Counted from the stretch's first letter, positions 22,166 to 35,200 are shown. The stretch is 35,473 nt of DNA from Chiloscyllium plagiosum (GCF_004010195.1 NW_025215298.1:36180-71652), one strand, 5' to 3'. Numbers and translations are program-made. The notes: generated from the letters alone by a model not told the origin.

Positions 22166-25100
22166 GGCACCAACCAATAGCCTGGAAAGGGACTGAGGAT
22201 CTGAAAAGTGACTACAGAGAGTTAGTTTGGAAGCTGAAGAGCAGGACGAGTAGAGAAGTGATCTCAGGTTTGCTACCAGTGCCACGAGCTAGTGAGATGA
22301 GGAATAGTCGGCAAATGCAGCTTCACCCGTGGCTGCGAGGCTGGTGCAGGAGGAAGAGCTTCAGATATCTAGACCATCGGGATACCTTCTGGGTAAGGTG
22401 GGACCTGTACATGAAGAATGGGTTGCACCTGAACTGGAGGGGCACAAATGGCCTGTTTGGGAGGTTTGCTGGTGTGATTCTGGCTGGTTTAAACGAGTTT
22501 AGCAGGGGCTAGGAATAAGACCGCATGTCTGAGAGGGGGTTAATTGCAGACGGAACAGTGACAGGATATATTGAATCTATCAGGAAGGTTTCTCACGCGA
22601 TGAAACAAAGGGATCGGTTAAAGTGCGTCTGCTTTAATGCAAGGAACGTCCGAAATAAGAGTGATGAACTTAGAGCATGGATCAGTACTTGGGGCTACGA
22701 TGTCGTGGCCATAACGGAGACGTAGGTTTCACAGGGGCAGGGATGGCTGCTTGGTTTTCCAGGGTTTAGAACGTTTAAAAATGTTTCGAGGCAGCACGGT
22801 GGCACAGTGTCTAGCACTGTTGCCTCACAGCGCCTAAGACCCGGGTTCAATTCCCACGTCAGGGAACTAACTGTGCGAAGTTTCCAAATCTCTCCCATGT
22901 GTTTCCTCCCATGATCCAAAGATGTGCAGTTTAGATCAATTGGCCATGCTAAATTGCCCGTAATGTTAGATGAAGGGGTAAATGTAGGGGAATGGGTTTG
23001 GGCGGGTTGCTCTGTGGAAGGTTGTTGTGGACTTGTTGGGCCGAAGGGCCTGTTTCCACTCTGCAAGTAATTAATCTCATCTAAAAAAGAATAGGGTGGG
23101 TGGAAAATGAGGAGGGGGTGTAGCATTGATAATCAAAGAGTGTGTCACAGCTACAGAAATGAAAGTTGTTGAGGAAGGCTTGTCTACTGAGTCAGTATGG
23201 GTGGAAGTTAGGAACAGCAAGGGAACAGTCACCGCATTTGGGGGTTTTCTACAGACCACCTAATAGCAGTAGAGAGATTGAAGATCTCATAGGCGGGCAG
23301 ATTCCAGAAAAATGCAAAAGTAGCAGGATTATTAGTATGAGTGATTTCAACTTTTCCAATATCGACTGGAACCTCCTAAAGTGCAGATGGTGTGGATGAA
23401 GCCGTTTTTGTCAGTTGTGTTCAAGACGGTGTCCTTGCTCGGTATGGAGACAGACCGATGAGAGGAGAGGCCATTTTGGATTTGATGCTCGGCAATGAGC
23501 CAGGACAGGTGTCAGAACTAACGGTGGGAGAGCACTTTGGTGAAAGTGATCACAACTGCTTCAAATGTAGCATAGCCTGGGAGAATGAAAGGACAGTTTC
23601 CAAGGGAAGTTATTTAATTGTGGAAAAGGAAATTAGGATGCTATCAGACAGGAGTTGGGAAGTACTGACTGGGAGCAATTGTACCACAGAAAGGGCACAG
23701 CAGACAGGTGGAGACTGTTTAAGGAGTAGTTATTGCGAGTGATACAAAAATTTGTTCCTCTGAGAGAGGTAAGAAGGGGTAAGATTAAGGAACCTTGGAT
23801 GACGAGAACAGAGGAAGCAGGCAGCTTATGTAAGATGGAGGAATCAAGGATCTAGCACAGCTTTAGAGGATTACAGGCTTGCTCGAAAGGAGCTCAGAAA
23901 TGGATTGAGGTGAGCCATGATGGGGCACGAAAAAGGCTTGGCAAGAAGGATTAGGGAGAACCCAAAGGCATTTTACTCATACGTGATGAATAAGAGAATG
24001 ACCAGGGAGAAGATAAGGCCGACCAGGATTAGAGTAGGGAACTTATGCGTGGAGTCTGAGCAGATAGGGGAAGCGCTAAATGGTTTTTTTGCATCGATTT
24101 TCACCAAGGAAAGGGAACTTATTGTAAATGAAACTTAGAGGAGCTGGGCCCGATCAGTCTTGACCAGATCAAGATTGATGAAGTTGATGTGCTCGCAATT
24201 TTGGAAAACATTAAGATGGATACATCCCCAGGGCCAGACCAGATTTATCCTAGACTGCTCCAGGAAGAAGGAAAGGAGGTTGCTAAGCTGCTGGTGAGGA
24301 TATTTGCCTTCTCACTCTTCACAGGAGTGGTACCAGAGGATTGGTAGGAGGCGAATGTTGTTCCTTATTTCAAGAAGGGTAATAGGTGAATCCCTGGCAA
24401 TTTAAGACCATTCATTCTTACGTCTGCGGTCAGCAAAGTTTGGAAAAAAATTCTGAGGGATAGGATTTATGACTATTTGGCAAAGCATTTTGTGATTAAA
24501 GGCAGTCAGCATGGCTTCATGAGGGACAGGTAATGCCTCACAAATCTTATTGATTTCTTTGAGGAGGTGTAAAGACAGGTCGACGATGGTCGAGCAGTGG
24601 ATGTGGTGCATGTGGACTTCAGCAAGGTATTTGAATAGGGTTCCCCATGGAAGGCTCATTCATAAAGTCAGGAAGTATGGGATAATGGAAGATTTTGTTA
24701 TCTGGATTCAGAATTGGCTGGTTGGCAGAAGGCAGACAGTGGTTGTAGATGGAAAGCATTCTGCTTGGAGGACAGTGTTGAGAGGGATCTCACAGGGCTG
24801 TGTTCTTGGGCCTCTGCTCTTTGTAGTTTTTATAAATGACTTGGATGGGGAGGTTATGGTGTGGGTTAGTAGCTTTGCTGTGACACAAATGTTGGAGGTG
24901 ACGTCGATAGTATAGAGGGCTACTGTAGGCTGCAGCGCGACATAGACAGGATGCAGAGCTGGGCTGAGAAATGGCAGATGGAGTTCAAACTGGAGAAATG
25001 CAAAGTGATGCATTTTGGAAGATCAAATTCGAATCCTGAATATAGCATTAAAGACAGGATTCTTGGCAGTGTGGATGAACAGAGGGATCTGGGTGCGCAA

Positions 25101-25775
25101 GTGCATAGATCCCTCAAAGTTGCCACCCAAGTGGAAAGTGTGTCAAGAAAGCATATAGTGTTTTGGCTTTCATTAATAGGGGGATCGAGTTTCAGAGCCG
25201 TGAGGTTTTGCTGCAGCTCTACAAGTCCTGGTGAGACCACACGTGGAATATTGTGTCCAGTTGTGGACGCCTTACTATTGGAAGGCTCAGAGGCTTTGGA
25301 GAGGGTGCAAAGAAGGTTTACCAGGATGCTGCCTGGATTGGAGGGCTTGCCTTATGAAGAAAGGTTGAACGAGCTTGGATCTTTCTCTCTGGAGACAAGG
25401 AGGAGAGAGGAGAGCTGATCGAGGTGTACAAAATAATGAGAGGAATAGATAGTGTTAATACCCAGAGACTTTTCCCTAGGGCAGGATTGATTCGTACGAG
25501 AAGTCATAGTTTGAAGATATTAGGAGGAAGGTAAAAGGGAGACGTCAGAGGTAGGTTCTTTATGCAGAGATTTGTGAATGCATGGAATGCATTGCCAGTT
25601 CTGATGGTGGAAGCAAAGTCATTGGGGACATATAAGCGACTGCTGGGCAGGCACAAGGATAGCAGTGAGTGGAGGGGTGCGTAGGTTAAATTACTACATT
25701 TTACATAAGGATTAAATCTTGGGACAACATCGTGGCCCAAAGGGCCTGTTCTGTGCTGTACTTTTCTATGTTCTA
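22166..25775 (+). mobile_element. CR1-clade LINE: ORF1 esterase end, APE and RT, decayed
   Basis: VISGLLPVPRASE..WLRGWCRRKSFRYLDH..GLHLNWRGTN; LKCVCFNARNVRNK..AITET; YRPPNS..DFNF; GISQGCVLGPLLFVVFIND; 3' end GGGCCTGTTCTGTGCTGTACTTTTCTATGTTCTAT. Confidence 0.92.
22789..23081 (+). mobile_element. HE1-type SINE inserted in the CR1 endonuclease region
   Basis: GGCAGCACGGTGGCACAGTG..TGCCTCACAGCGCC..CCCGGGTTCAATTCCC; TTGGCCATGCTAAATTGCCC core; TAAAAA on both flanks. Confidence 0.9.
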
Positions 25776-25959
25776 TTTAGTATATTTAAAACAGACAAAG
25801 ATAAGTTTTGATTGACAAGGGGATCAAAGATTATTGAGAGGAAGCAGGAAAATGGGTTGAAAATCTGACAGTCATGATCGAATGGCGGAGCAGACTTCAT
25901 GGTCCGAATGGCTTCATCTCTGTTCGTATAGAGTTGGGGCCTTATAATATTTCGGTCCT

Positions 25960-26248
25960 GGATGGCACGGTGGCTCAGTGGTTTCCACTGTTGCCTCACA
26001 GCATTAGGGAACTGGGTTCGATTTCGTCTGGGTGTTCTAGTTTGCTGTCACAGTTCAAAGTTGTGCAGGTAAGGTGAACTGGTCGTGCTGAATTGCCGAT
26101 TGTGTTCAGGGATGTTGATGTTAGGTGCAATAGTCAAGGGTCTATGTATAGTATTAGGGTAGAGAATGGGATTGCTTCGCATACTCTTTGGAGAGTCAGT
26201 ATAAACCTGTTGGACTGAAGGCCCTGTTTCTACACTGTAGGGATTCTA
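25960..26248 (+). mobile_element. HE1-type SINE
   Basis: GATGGCACGGTGGCTCAGTGG..GCCTCACAGC..GGGTTCGATT; tail CCTGTTTCTACACTGTAGGGATTCTA. Confidence 0.85.
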
Positions 26249-27957
26249 AGAAAATGCATGGTGCTGCAATGTTCCAATGAAGCACAACCCAAGTTCGAGT
26301 AACACCTCACTTTGCACTTTGGCACGTTACAGTCTGTAGGAGTTAATATTCAATTCCATAAATTCACAGCCTGAACCCATTATGGCTGTTCTCCATTTTC
26401 CGTACAGTCTCCCTCCTGGCCTCCCTAAGGTCGTGTCTTGTTTATGTTGCATTCAACAGAGAAAATCAATTTCTAATACTTACACATTAATTTACACCTA
26501 TTATATACCTGTGTCTCTTTCACCACAATTTAAAACCCATTTGTCTTTCACACTGGGCTTCCAAACACTCTTTCCCACCTCTTCCAAGATACTAACGCAC
26601 TCACTTTCCAATCCTTTACACGTCCAAAGAAGATTTACACTGGACTTGAAACATTAACATTGTTTCTCTGTCTCTGCAGATGTTGCCAGACCCACTGAGT
26701 TCCTTCAAAAATGAAAAGTTTCAGAATACATTTTCAATATAGCTCACTGGGTGCTTTGAGGAACAGTCACAGAACCCGAAAGATTGCCTCTGCTTTCACT
26801 CCACAGATGCTATCAGACCTGTCAGTGTCTTCAGCAATTTCTGTTTTTGAACAAGTTTCAAACATGTGTGTCAAACCTGCTCACACGCCATGTCCAACAT
26901 GGAGCGCCATACACCGGGAAGTGAATGATAATGCAAGGTATACAAATTCATTTGTTCTCAAACTACATAAGGCTGTCATCACCGACACTACAGAGATCTG
27001 AATCATGGTCATGGAGACAAACAGAGGGAAACACATTCGCTTTAAAGAGAAGATAGCATTACTGGAGGGGAAACTGTTCAGGTGAAAACGTTAAATGCTT
27101 TTGAGGAATGCGACAAATTGGAGGCATGGCATCATGAAGATACCCTAACAGAATGAGAATCTTTTAAAAATGGAAGCGTTCCCACATCAGAAAGCGGGAT
27201 AGGGCACTGTGTGCAGTGGAGAAGGGTGACCGGGTTCCCGTGCGAATTGAGCAGAATTGTATTGCAGATATTGCAGCTCAAACTGGGCATTCATATGATG
27301 CTGGAAATCATAGCAGCTGTAGGAGCAGCAGCAGCAGCAGTAGAATTATATTCAACCACAATATAATCTCTCAGTCTACCATTACCATGAAGCCGATCTC
27401 CGGTTCAGTGATGAGTGTGGGTGAACATGCCACGGTCAGAACCATGTGTACCTAAACCTGATGACAATCCATTCAAGGTACCGCACTTCCTGCTTACATT
27501 AACAAACAGCAGAACTAACATCTGATAGAGCGGGCGCCGTGACCCCAAGACTGTGACCATTTCTTTTAAAATGAATTAATGGCTATGAATTACTGCTGGC
27601 CTGTCTGCTCTTAGTCTTATCTGTTCGAAAAATCCTTGTTCCTTTTGTTAGAGACGGTTCAAGAACTTCCCTCCGATTACCATTTTGTTTACATCATTGA
27701 AATACTTACTGTGCCTTCCCCTGTGAGGAAAGATGTAAACTATGGGTGTAAATTATCTGTCTGCTCCCTGTAGCCAATTCTTCAGTCACACCTTCCAATT
27801 ATCCTCAGTATACTTTCCTGACTTAATTTTACCTAAGATCACACACTCATCTTGAACTTTTTTTATATGCTCGAAAAAGCTTGTGCTGCATGTTTTTTTT
27901 TGTATTTCTTGCCAATTTACTACATCATGTCTTTTCTCCCCTTTTCCTCGCTTTCTA

Positions 27958-28352
27958 GATTCATACAGTCATATAGTGCACAAACAGACACTTTGGTCCA
28001 AATTGTCCATGCTGACCAGGTTTTCCAAACTAAACTAATCCCATCTGATTGCATTTTGTCCATATGCCTCTCAGCTTTTCCCATTCATATGTTTGTCCTA
28101 ACGTGTTTTAAATGTTGTAGCTGTACTTGCATCTCCCACTCTTCCTCTGACAGCTCATTCCATATACACACATCACACGCTATGTGAAAACATTTACCCT
28201 TCGTCCATTACAAATCTTCCCTCTTTCACCTTAAACCTATGCCTTCTATGGTTGAACTCCCCCATCCCGTGGAAAAGACCTTGGCTGGTCACTCTATTCA
28301 TACCTCTCATGCTTTTATAAACGTATACAATGTCATCCCTCAACCTCCTATG
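27958..28352 (-). mobile_element. CR1 LINE 3' fragment
   Basis: GATTCATACAGTCATATAG..CAGCTCATTCCATATACAC..CTCACTCTATTCATACCTCTCATG is the reverse complement of a CR1 3' end. Confidence 0.75.
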
Positions 28353-29364
28353 CGCTATCTGACACTAACTTTATGAACAAGCATTTAAAGATAAGCACTG
28401 CAAATTTGAAACAGTATTCAAAAAACAGGTAAATAACACTCAGCCCATGCTTCGTACTGTAACTTGTTTTTCTCCATGTTATAATACTAAGGCAGCATGT
28501 GTTACGAGTACCAATAAGAGGTCAAACACCTGAAATGCTTTGTCCAAATGGGGTGATGATCTCTACAATGAAAGCGCATCACTGGCCTGAACCATGTAAG
28601 AAGGGGAATTCTCGTACCACACGGTTAGCGTCTACCTTTAGCAGAGTGAGATAAGGCTGAGCGTACTTTTTGAAATTTGGATCACATTGTGAATTCAGTG
28701 CAAAGGGGGAGAGGTGTTTTCAATAAGGTTTACCCAAGAAGGAAACTTTCCAGAATGAGATGTGAGTGGGAGGGGTAAAACAGCGTGAATGGAGAGTCTA
28801 AGCCACACTGAGACCAGAGGCAAAGTGGCAGCACAAAATGCAGCTTGATGCTAGTGCAGACTAGGTAGGCTTGATCAAAGAGTTTCAGGTGAAGTGGGTA
28901 GGACCATAATGTGAGAGAATGTACTCTGTAATTTGAGTGGAAGAACCTGAAATCAGAAAGGGGAGACGAGCAGGGAAGATGATGGAGCAGCAATGGTAGG
29001 GTTTTCTTGGGGGTAAATGAGGAAGCACAGCTGAAATTCATGCCTAACATCTGCTTATGGTCCCTGAAATAAACATTATAAATCTGGCCCACCACTATTG
29101 CTCATCAATAGTATTCTTGAGACCTTTTGTCAACCGTGGGTAGTTCACCTGCTTATCGAGTTCTTCATCTTGAACAGAAATAATAATTACTGAGCAGTTT
29201 GGGATATCTGCTTGAATGTCTGCTCACGTATACTCACTGACCTTCCTCTGGGTCTATTTTCACATTCCGCATCAGACCGGATGTGAGGCAGAAATCCTCA
29301 GGTTAGATGCCTGGTTCTTTTCAATCATTCAGGGGAGATTTCTGCATGTGGCTGAGCACATGAT

Positions 29365-30710
29365 CAGAGGAGGCTGACTCCATTCTCCCAGCTTCTCCAT
29401 CTCTGCTATTTTTGTTTGATGATGCCACATTCCTGTAAGCTGCGTCTAATGTGGCCACCTTTTCCTTCAAACCAGAAATCCCCTAACTCTATTGGACAGG
29501 GCCTTCATCTGTCACTATCCCACCCCCCACGGTGTTGCCCTCAATCCGTCCCGTCCATGCTAAACCAAGGATAGATTCCTCCTTGTCTACACTTCCTCCT
29601 GCACTAGAATCCACATTCACATAATCATCTTATGCTAGTTCCACCATCTCCAACAGGACAGCACCATCAAACACATCTTTCCCTCCCGCCCACTTTCAGT
29701 ATTTCACAGGGAAAGTTCCCTCAGTGTCACCCTCCATCACCCCGAACACTTCCCCACTCCCCCATGGCACCTTCCCATGCAATTGCAGAAGCTGCAAAAC
29801 TTGCTCATTCACCTCTTCCCTCCTCACTGTCCAAGGCCACAAACATACCTTCCAGGTGAAGCAGCATTTCACTTGTAAAGTTTTAATCTGCTCTCCTGTC
29901 ATTGCTGCTCACAATGCAGTCTCTCTATATTGGCGAGACCAAACAGAGATTGCTTTGAGGAACACTCCACTCTATCTGTCGAAATAACCCTGATCCTCTC
30001 ATTGCTTCCCATTTCAATAACCTACCTTGCTCTCATGCTAACATTTCGGTCCTGGGCTGTTGCAATGTTCCAAAGAAGCACAACCCAAGCTCGAGTAACA
30101 ACTCACTTTACACTTTCGTACGTCACATCCTGTAGGAGTTAATGCACAATTTCACAACTTCACAGACTGACCCCATTATAACTGTTCTCCAGTTTCCGTA
30201 CATTCTCCCTCCTGGCCTCCCTATGACCTTGTGTGGTTGTATCTTCTTTATCTTTCACTCAATAGATAAAATCCCTTTTCCCCATTCACAGCTTAATTTA
30301 AAGCTATTTCACATGATCTTCTCGTTCACCACTACTAAAAGCAAGTTTATCTTTTGCCGCACCCTCTTTTACCCGTCAACCCACTCCCCACATCTGTCAA
30401 GGGATTATAAAGCTCATTTTCCAATCCTTTTCAGTTCTGAAGAAGTGTCATACTGGAGTTGAAACGCTAACTCTGTTTCTCTGTCTCTGCAGATGATGCC
30501 AGACCTGTTGACTTTCTCTAGAAATGAATAGGCTCAGAACAAGTTATCAATTATACAAATACCTATGGATACTGGAAATGAAAATGCAAAAATTGCTGGA
30601 CAAAATGGGAGCTTTGTAGAAGGGTAACTGGCCCTGAAAAATTAACTCTATTTTCACTCCACAAGATGCTGCCAGACCTGCTGTGTTTCGTCAGCAATTT
30701 CTGTTTTTAA
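29365..30710 (+). mobile_element. Penelope-like element 3' part with two degenerate termini (duplicate of the 20460 element)
   Basis: HGTFPCNCRSCKTCSF..VQGHKHTFQVKQHFTC; termini with CTGAAGA..GAAAC and GATGCTGCCAGACCTGCTG at ~30435-30520 and ~30615-30710. Confidence 0.85.
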
Positions 30711-31189
30711 ACAAGTTCTATAGACGTGTGTTAAATCTGCTCAAACGCCTTGTCTAACACGGAACGCCATGCACTGGGAAGTGACCGATAATGCAAGGTG
30801 CCCAAATTCCTTGATCTGAAATTGCATAAGGCTGGCATCACTGACACTGCAGAGCTCTTATTCATGGGCAGGGAAAGAAACAGAGGGGAATACATTCACA
30901 TCAAACACAGAAGATGGCATTGTGGGAATGGAAAAGACTCAGATGCATATGTGAAGGGGTTTGAGTCAAGTAACAAATTGGAGGCGGGAGACCAGGTAGA
31001 GACCTTCAGCAGAATGAGAATAGGAAAATGGAAGTGTTACCACATCAGACACCAGGTTAAGATACTGAGTACATGGCTGATGGGTGACTGGGTCTTGGTG
31101 TGAACTGGGGGACAGTCAGTAGAATTGAATTGAACATATTGGAGCTCAAAGTGGGCATTCATGTGGTGCGGTAGAATCACAGCAGCAGC

Positions 31190-31980
31190 AGAATTGTATT
31201 CAACTACAATCTGTAACATTTTCCCCAGGATAATCCCTCAGCCTGCCATTACGATCAAACCGATTTTTGGTTCAGTGACGAGTGTGAGGGAACATAATAG
31301 AGTCGGAACTAAACCTGCTGATAATCTATTAAAGCTACCGCACTTGACTGGTTACATTCGAAACAGCAGGACTTATATCTGATACAGTGGGCAAAATGAT
31401 CCCAAGACTAACAGATCAGATCGAAGTTCTGCAGTGCTGCCACATCCAGACGTAAATGTCGATGGACTATTAAGCAACTCACTGGAGGAGAGGACTCCAT
31501 AAATATCACCATCCTAAATCACGGGACAGCCCTGTACATCAGTGTAAAAGACATGTTTGTATTATCTGCACCGTCCTCAGCCAGAAGTGTTGAGTTGATG
31601 ATCCACGTCACCCTCGCCATGCAGCCCGCAGAATCACAGATGCCAGTCTTTAATCGATCTGATTCACTGCACGTGACATGAAGAAACAGCTGAACACAGT
31701 AGATATGAAAAAGGCAATGGGCCCTGACCCCATTCCTGCAATCGGACTGAAGACTTGTGCTGCACAACAAGCCGTGTCCCTGGGGAAGCTGTTTCATTGC
31801 AGATCCAACTCTGACATCTCCCTGGCAATGTGGAAATTTACTCAGCTATGTCCAGTCCCATCACAAGGGGATAACCACAGTGTGATGATTTACCACGCCT
31901 GAGTCCCATTGCAATAGTCACATTGGTGGGAGTTCTTTTTGACAGAGCTGTCAAGCAACACAGAAATAACCTGCTCAGTG
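31190..31980 (+). mobile_element. Old non-LTR retrotransposon fragment (linker and RT start; CR1/L2-group)
   Basis: MKKQLNTVDMKKAMGPDPIPAIGLKTCA..LGKLF..MWKFTQLCPV fits the KA-GPD-IP..LK..W-K-A-V-P RT N-terminal motif. Confidence 0.75.
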
Positions 31981-32004
31981 TGGTTTCAGATAGGTCCCCA
32001 TGTG

Positions 32005-32265
32005 GAGATGGTGCTGTTGTAGAAATATCACTGGATTACTAATCGAGACCAGGCTAATGCAAGGAAGCTGGTAGAAGTTATAATTAATAAAATATCGAGA
32101 TGTAAAACCTGGAGTCATTAACAGTGACCTTGAAGCCAATGTCGATTGTAAATACCAATTTCCTTCCTCAATGGAGTTTCAGGAATTGAATCTCGGGTGC
32201 TTTCCTGGTCTGGCCTAAAAGTGACTCCAGATACACAGATATATGAAAAACTCTTCAATGATCTC
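32005..32265 (+). mobile_element. Diverged tRNA-derived SINE, same family as 250-590
   Basis: ATCACTGGATTACTAATCGAGACCAGGCTAATG..CCTGGTCTGGCCTAAAAGTGACTCCAGA is the reverse complement of 345-370 and 540-580. Confidence 0.6.
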
Positions 32266-33254
32266 GGTAACGGCCAAGCAAGACACTTTATTGTATCAAA
32301 CTGCTCTGAGGTCTTAAAGAATAAAACCGCACAGATCACCCGGCACCCGCCTCAGTATTCGAACTGGAAACACTATCCTATTGACCCTGCAGAGATCTTC
32401 TTCCTAACATCTGAGAGCTGGTTGCAACATTTGCAGAGCTTTCCCACAGACTGCACAGAAACATCGAGAGTGGAGTAGGTCACTCAACACACTGAGCATC
32501 CTCCATTCCAATGTATGGTGAACATCTCCTCAATTCAGTTTTCCCCACACAGTGTTCATATCCTTTCGTATGTTTAAACATCGGAACATGTAAAATAGGA
32601 ACTATTCCCTTTGGTCCATCAATTTTGATCCTCCATTTAATATACAGGCAGTTATCCAATAAGATGTGTTTATTAAACGCAATTTCGCTGCAACACAATT
32701 CGTGAATTGTGCCCCTTTCTTTATAAAGCGAGCTCCCGTTCACTGTTATGGGAGACCGTCTCTGGCACCAGCTGAACAGCAAATCCCAGCCTCAGGATTC
32801 CTCTGTTTGCCAAATGCACCCTGTGTTCAGATAAAGCAGGAATGTAATCCGCTCTGCAAGCCTTGAAACTGAGCCTGAATGTAGGATTTGTGGTCTAAAT
32901 TTAGAAGGAATTTTATCTCAAACCGGGAGGGGAATATCTTGGAGAGAACTGGAATACCGCATCGGCATCACATGGTCAGTCAGCTCGCGCGATTTCTGTT
33001 GAAGATCCTGGTGAAAGGTACACTGCTGTAGTTAGTGACTGTAGTGTTAAAGTGTGACATTTACTGCACGAACTCCTTACAATACACGGTTTAAATATTT
33101 ATGTAGCCTGTGTTATTGTTTGTGTTCGGCTGACTATTATTTTTGGTTTGATTTTTACTGGTAATTTTGGGGATTCGCACCGAAGCCTCTTCTTCCCATT
33201 GGCCCCATTATTTATATTGCACCGTTTTCTATATTACGGTGTTCCTCTGGAACA

Positions 33255-33830
33255 CAGCTGCCACATTATTGGATAACTGCCTGTAATTATTGCTGAGTCT
33301 ATACCTCCTCACCAAACGCCTGCACTCTCCCCATCCCTTCTGTGTCTTGAAATCCTTATTTATATTCAGTACTTTAGCTTTCACAGCCTGATCAGGGAAA
33401 TAATTCTCCAAGTTCACCAGTCTCTGAGTGCAGACATTTAGTCTCATCTCAACGCACTTTGGCCTATCTGTACCCCACACTGTGAGCCCGTGTTTTGGAC
33501 ATCCCACCCATGGGAATTATCATCCTTGCTTCCAATCTGTCTCGCCATGTCAGAATTTTATTTAGTTCACCCATTTTCCTAAACCTCATGGAATATAGGC
33601 ACAGTCGCCCCAAACTCTGTTCCCACAACAAGCCTGTCATCCCAGAGATCAGTCTGGTCATCCTTCGCTTCTCTCCCTCAATGTCAGGTTTGTCCTTTAT
33701 TAGGTATGGAGACCAAAACTGCACACGATACTGCACAATGTTCAAGACGGGGTCTCACCAAGGGCCTGGACAGCTACAGTAAGACACCCTTACTCCTGTC
33801 CTCAAAACATCCTGAAATGAAATCAGCACA
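33255..33830 (-). mobile_element. Old CR1 LINE 3' fragment
   Basis: Minus ORF VQYRVQFWSPYLIKD..IEGEKRRMTRLISGMTGL..LYS is the CR1 ORF2 C-terminus. Confidence 0.8.
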
Positions 33831-34056
33831 CCATTCATTTTCAACAAAATTGTGTATTCCCGTGACAGCTGAGCCTGCTCTAACCTGAGTAGGAACCTTA
33901 CAGCAGGCTGGTAAAGTGTGGCTGCTGCTGTACAGGGTCTTAGTGAGATCACTTCTGGAGTAATGTGCACAGATTTAATCTCCTCATTAAGAAAGGGTAT
34001 TGGTATTAACTCAGATATTATTCCCTCAACTGATTTCTGCAATGAAGGTGTTTAGC

Positions 34057-34372
34057 ATAGAATCCCTGTAGTGTGGAGGCAGACCATTTGACCCATTGAC
34101 TCCACGCTGATCCTCTGAAGGCCAAACCATACAAACCCCACTACCTAACCCCCTTCCCAACCCAATCTCTGCAACCTAACATTTTCCATGACTAATGCAC
34201 CTAACTGGCACATCTTGGGACCTTGGGAAGAAACTGCAATATCCCACAGGCACCCCTTGCAGGCACAGGGGGAATGTGCATAATCCACACAAACAGTGAC
34301 CAGAGACTGAAACTGAACCAAATATCTTGTGCTGGGAGGCAGCAGTGCTAACCACTGAGCTACCTACTGTGG
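34057..34372 (-). mobile_element. HE1-type SINE
   Basis: Reverse strand GTAGCTCAGTGGTTAGCACTGCTGCCTCCCAG; tail CACACTACAGGGATTCTATG. Confidence 0.82.
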
Positions 34373-34639
34373 ACATCGCAACCTGCCTGCACAATTCAAA
34401 ACTCGAAATGTGGCATAACAGCAGGGAGATTCCATAAGTCTACAAACTTGTCGATGTGCAACAGGATGAGGACAATGATATCTTAAGTGGGTTGATCAGG
34501 AACAGGCACAGGACATGCAAGACATCGAAGCTATAGTGTAGGAACACCAGGAGGACATTCTGCCCATCGTGTGTGTAAAGCAGGAACAGAATGAGTCCAA
34601 TCAGCCACCCATGCCCCTTACACAGCAATTGGAGCCGAT

Positions 34640-35070
34640 CTTTCACAGCGTCGTGCCTATTTCACAGGAATTGAAACGGACTGTCGAGATTATGGAAAGG
34701 GAAGAACTTAAAATAACCAACTTCACTCGGGAATGGAAAGGTATGAGCAAACAATTGGGACTGAAGACAAATTGTTCAAATCTATTATCAAGGAATTAAC
34801 AACAGGAGACTTTGAAAGTCAAAACACAATCCATCAAAGTCGACATGATTGTATTAAGGATAAATCATGTTTAAATGATTTTCCTAACTTTTTCATATGA
34901 AGAAGTATGACAAACAAGTTGAATAAGGGGGATCTGAAACATGTATTATATCTGGACTTCAAGAATGCAATGCATAACATGCTTGACGAAAGATTAATAT
35001 GCAAGACAAGAGCACATGGGGTTGGGACAATTTATTTGCTTGGAGAGAAAATTGGCTCACAAATAAAAAC
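34640..35070 (+). mobile_element. Old CR1 RT fragment
   Basis: MTNKLNKG..VLYLDFKNA..RLICKTRAHGVG. Confidence 0.7.
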
Positions 35071-35074
35071 CATG

Positions 35075-35200
35075 ATATGGAGGTGCTAGCTTTGGACTGG
35101 GTTGAGTAAGGTCAATAATCGCATGGCACCAGGTTATAGACTGACGGGTTAATTTGAAAACACAAGCTTTCATTGTCCTGCTCCTTCGTCAGGTGTTAGA
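35075..35200 (-). mobile_element. Penelope-like terminus with degenerate hammerhead motif
   Basis: Diverged relative of 11138-11250; the minus strand reads CACCTGACGAAGGAGCAGGACAATGAAAGCTTGTG. Confidence 0.6.

Larger units (their letters stand above)
21142..25943 (+). mobile_element. CR1 LINE (RT and 3' end) inserted in the Penelope element and split by a second CR1
   Basis: FFEEVT..LNFQKA..HRRLQSKIRTHGV..FADDAKIG. Breaks at ~22165 and resumes at ~25775 (AGTATATTTAAAACAG..). Flanked by ATAAT at 21137-21141 and 25944-25948. Confidence 0.8.
19685..27552. repeat. Copy 1 of an old ~3-kb tandem segmental duplication, expanded by ~5.1 kb of later insertions
   Basis: 19685-19960 matches 27634-27930; 20060-21141 matches 29095-30040; 26257-27552 matches 30055-31409. 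The order of unrelated TE fragments and their junctions is the same in both copies. Confidence 0.85.
27634..31409. repeat. Copy 2 of the tandem segmental duplication, with a private insertion at ~27950-29090
   Basis: For example TGTGCCTTCCCCTGTGAGGAA at ~19745 and ~27710, and GCAATGTTCCAA-GAAGCACAACCCAAG at ~26266 and ~30062. Confidence 0.85.

Noticed and set aside
22789..22860. tRNA genes at SINE heads
   Set aside because: A/B boxes continue into HE1 SINE bodies and no full cloverleaf is evident.
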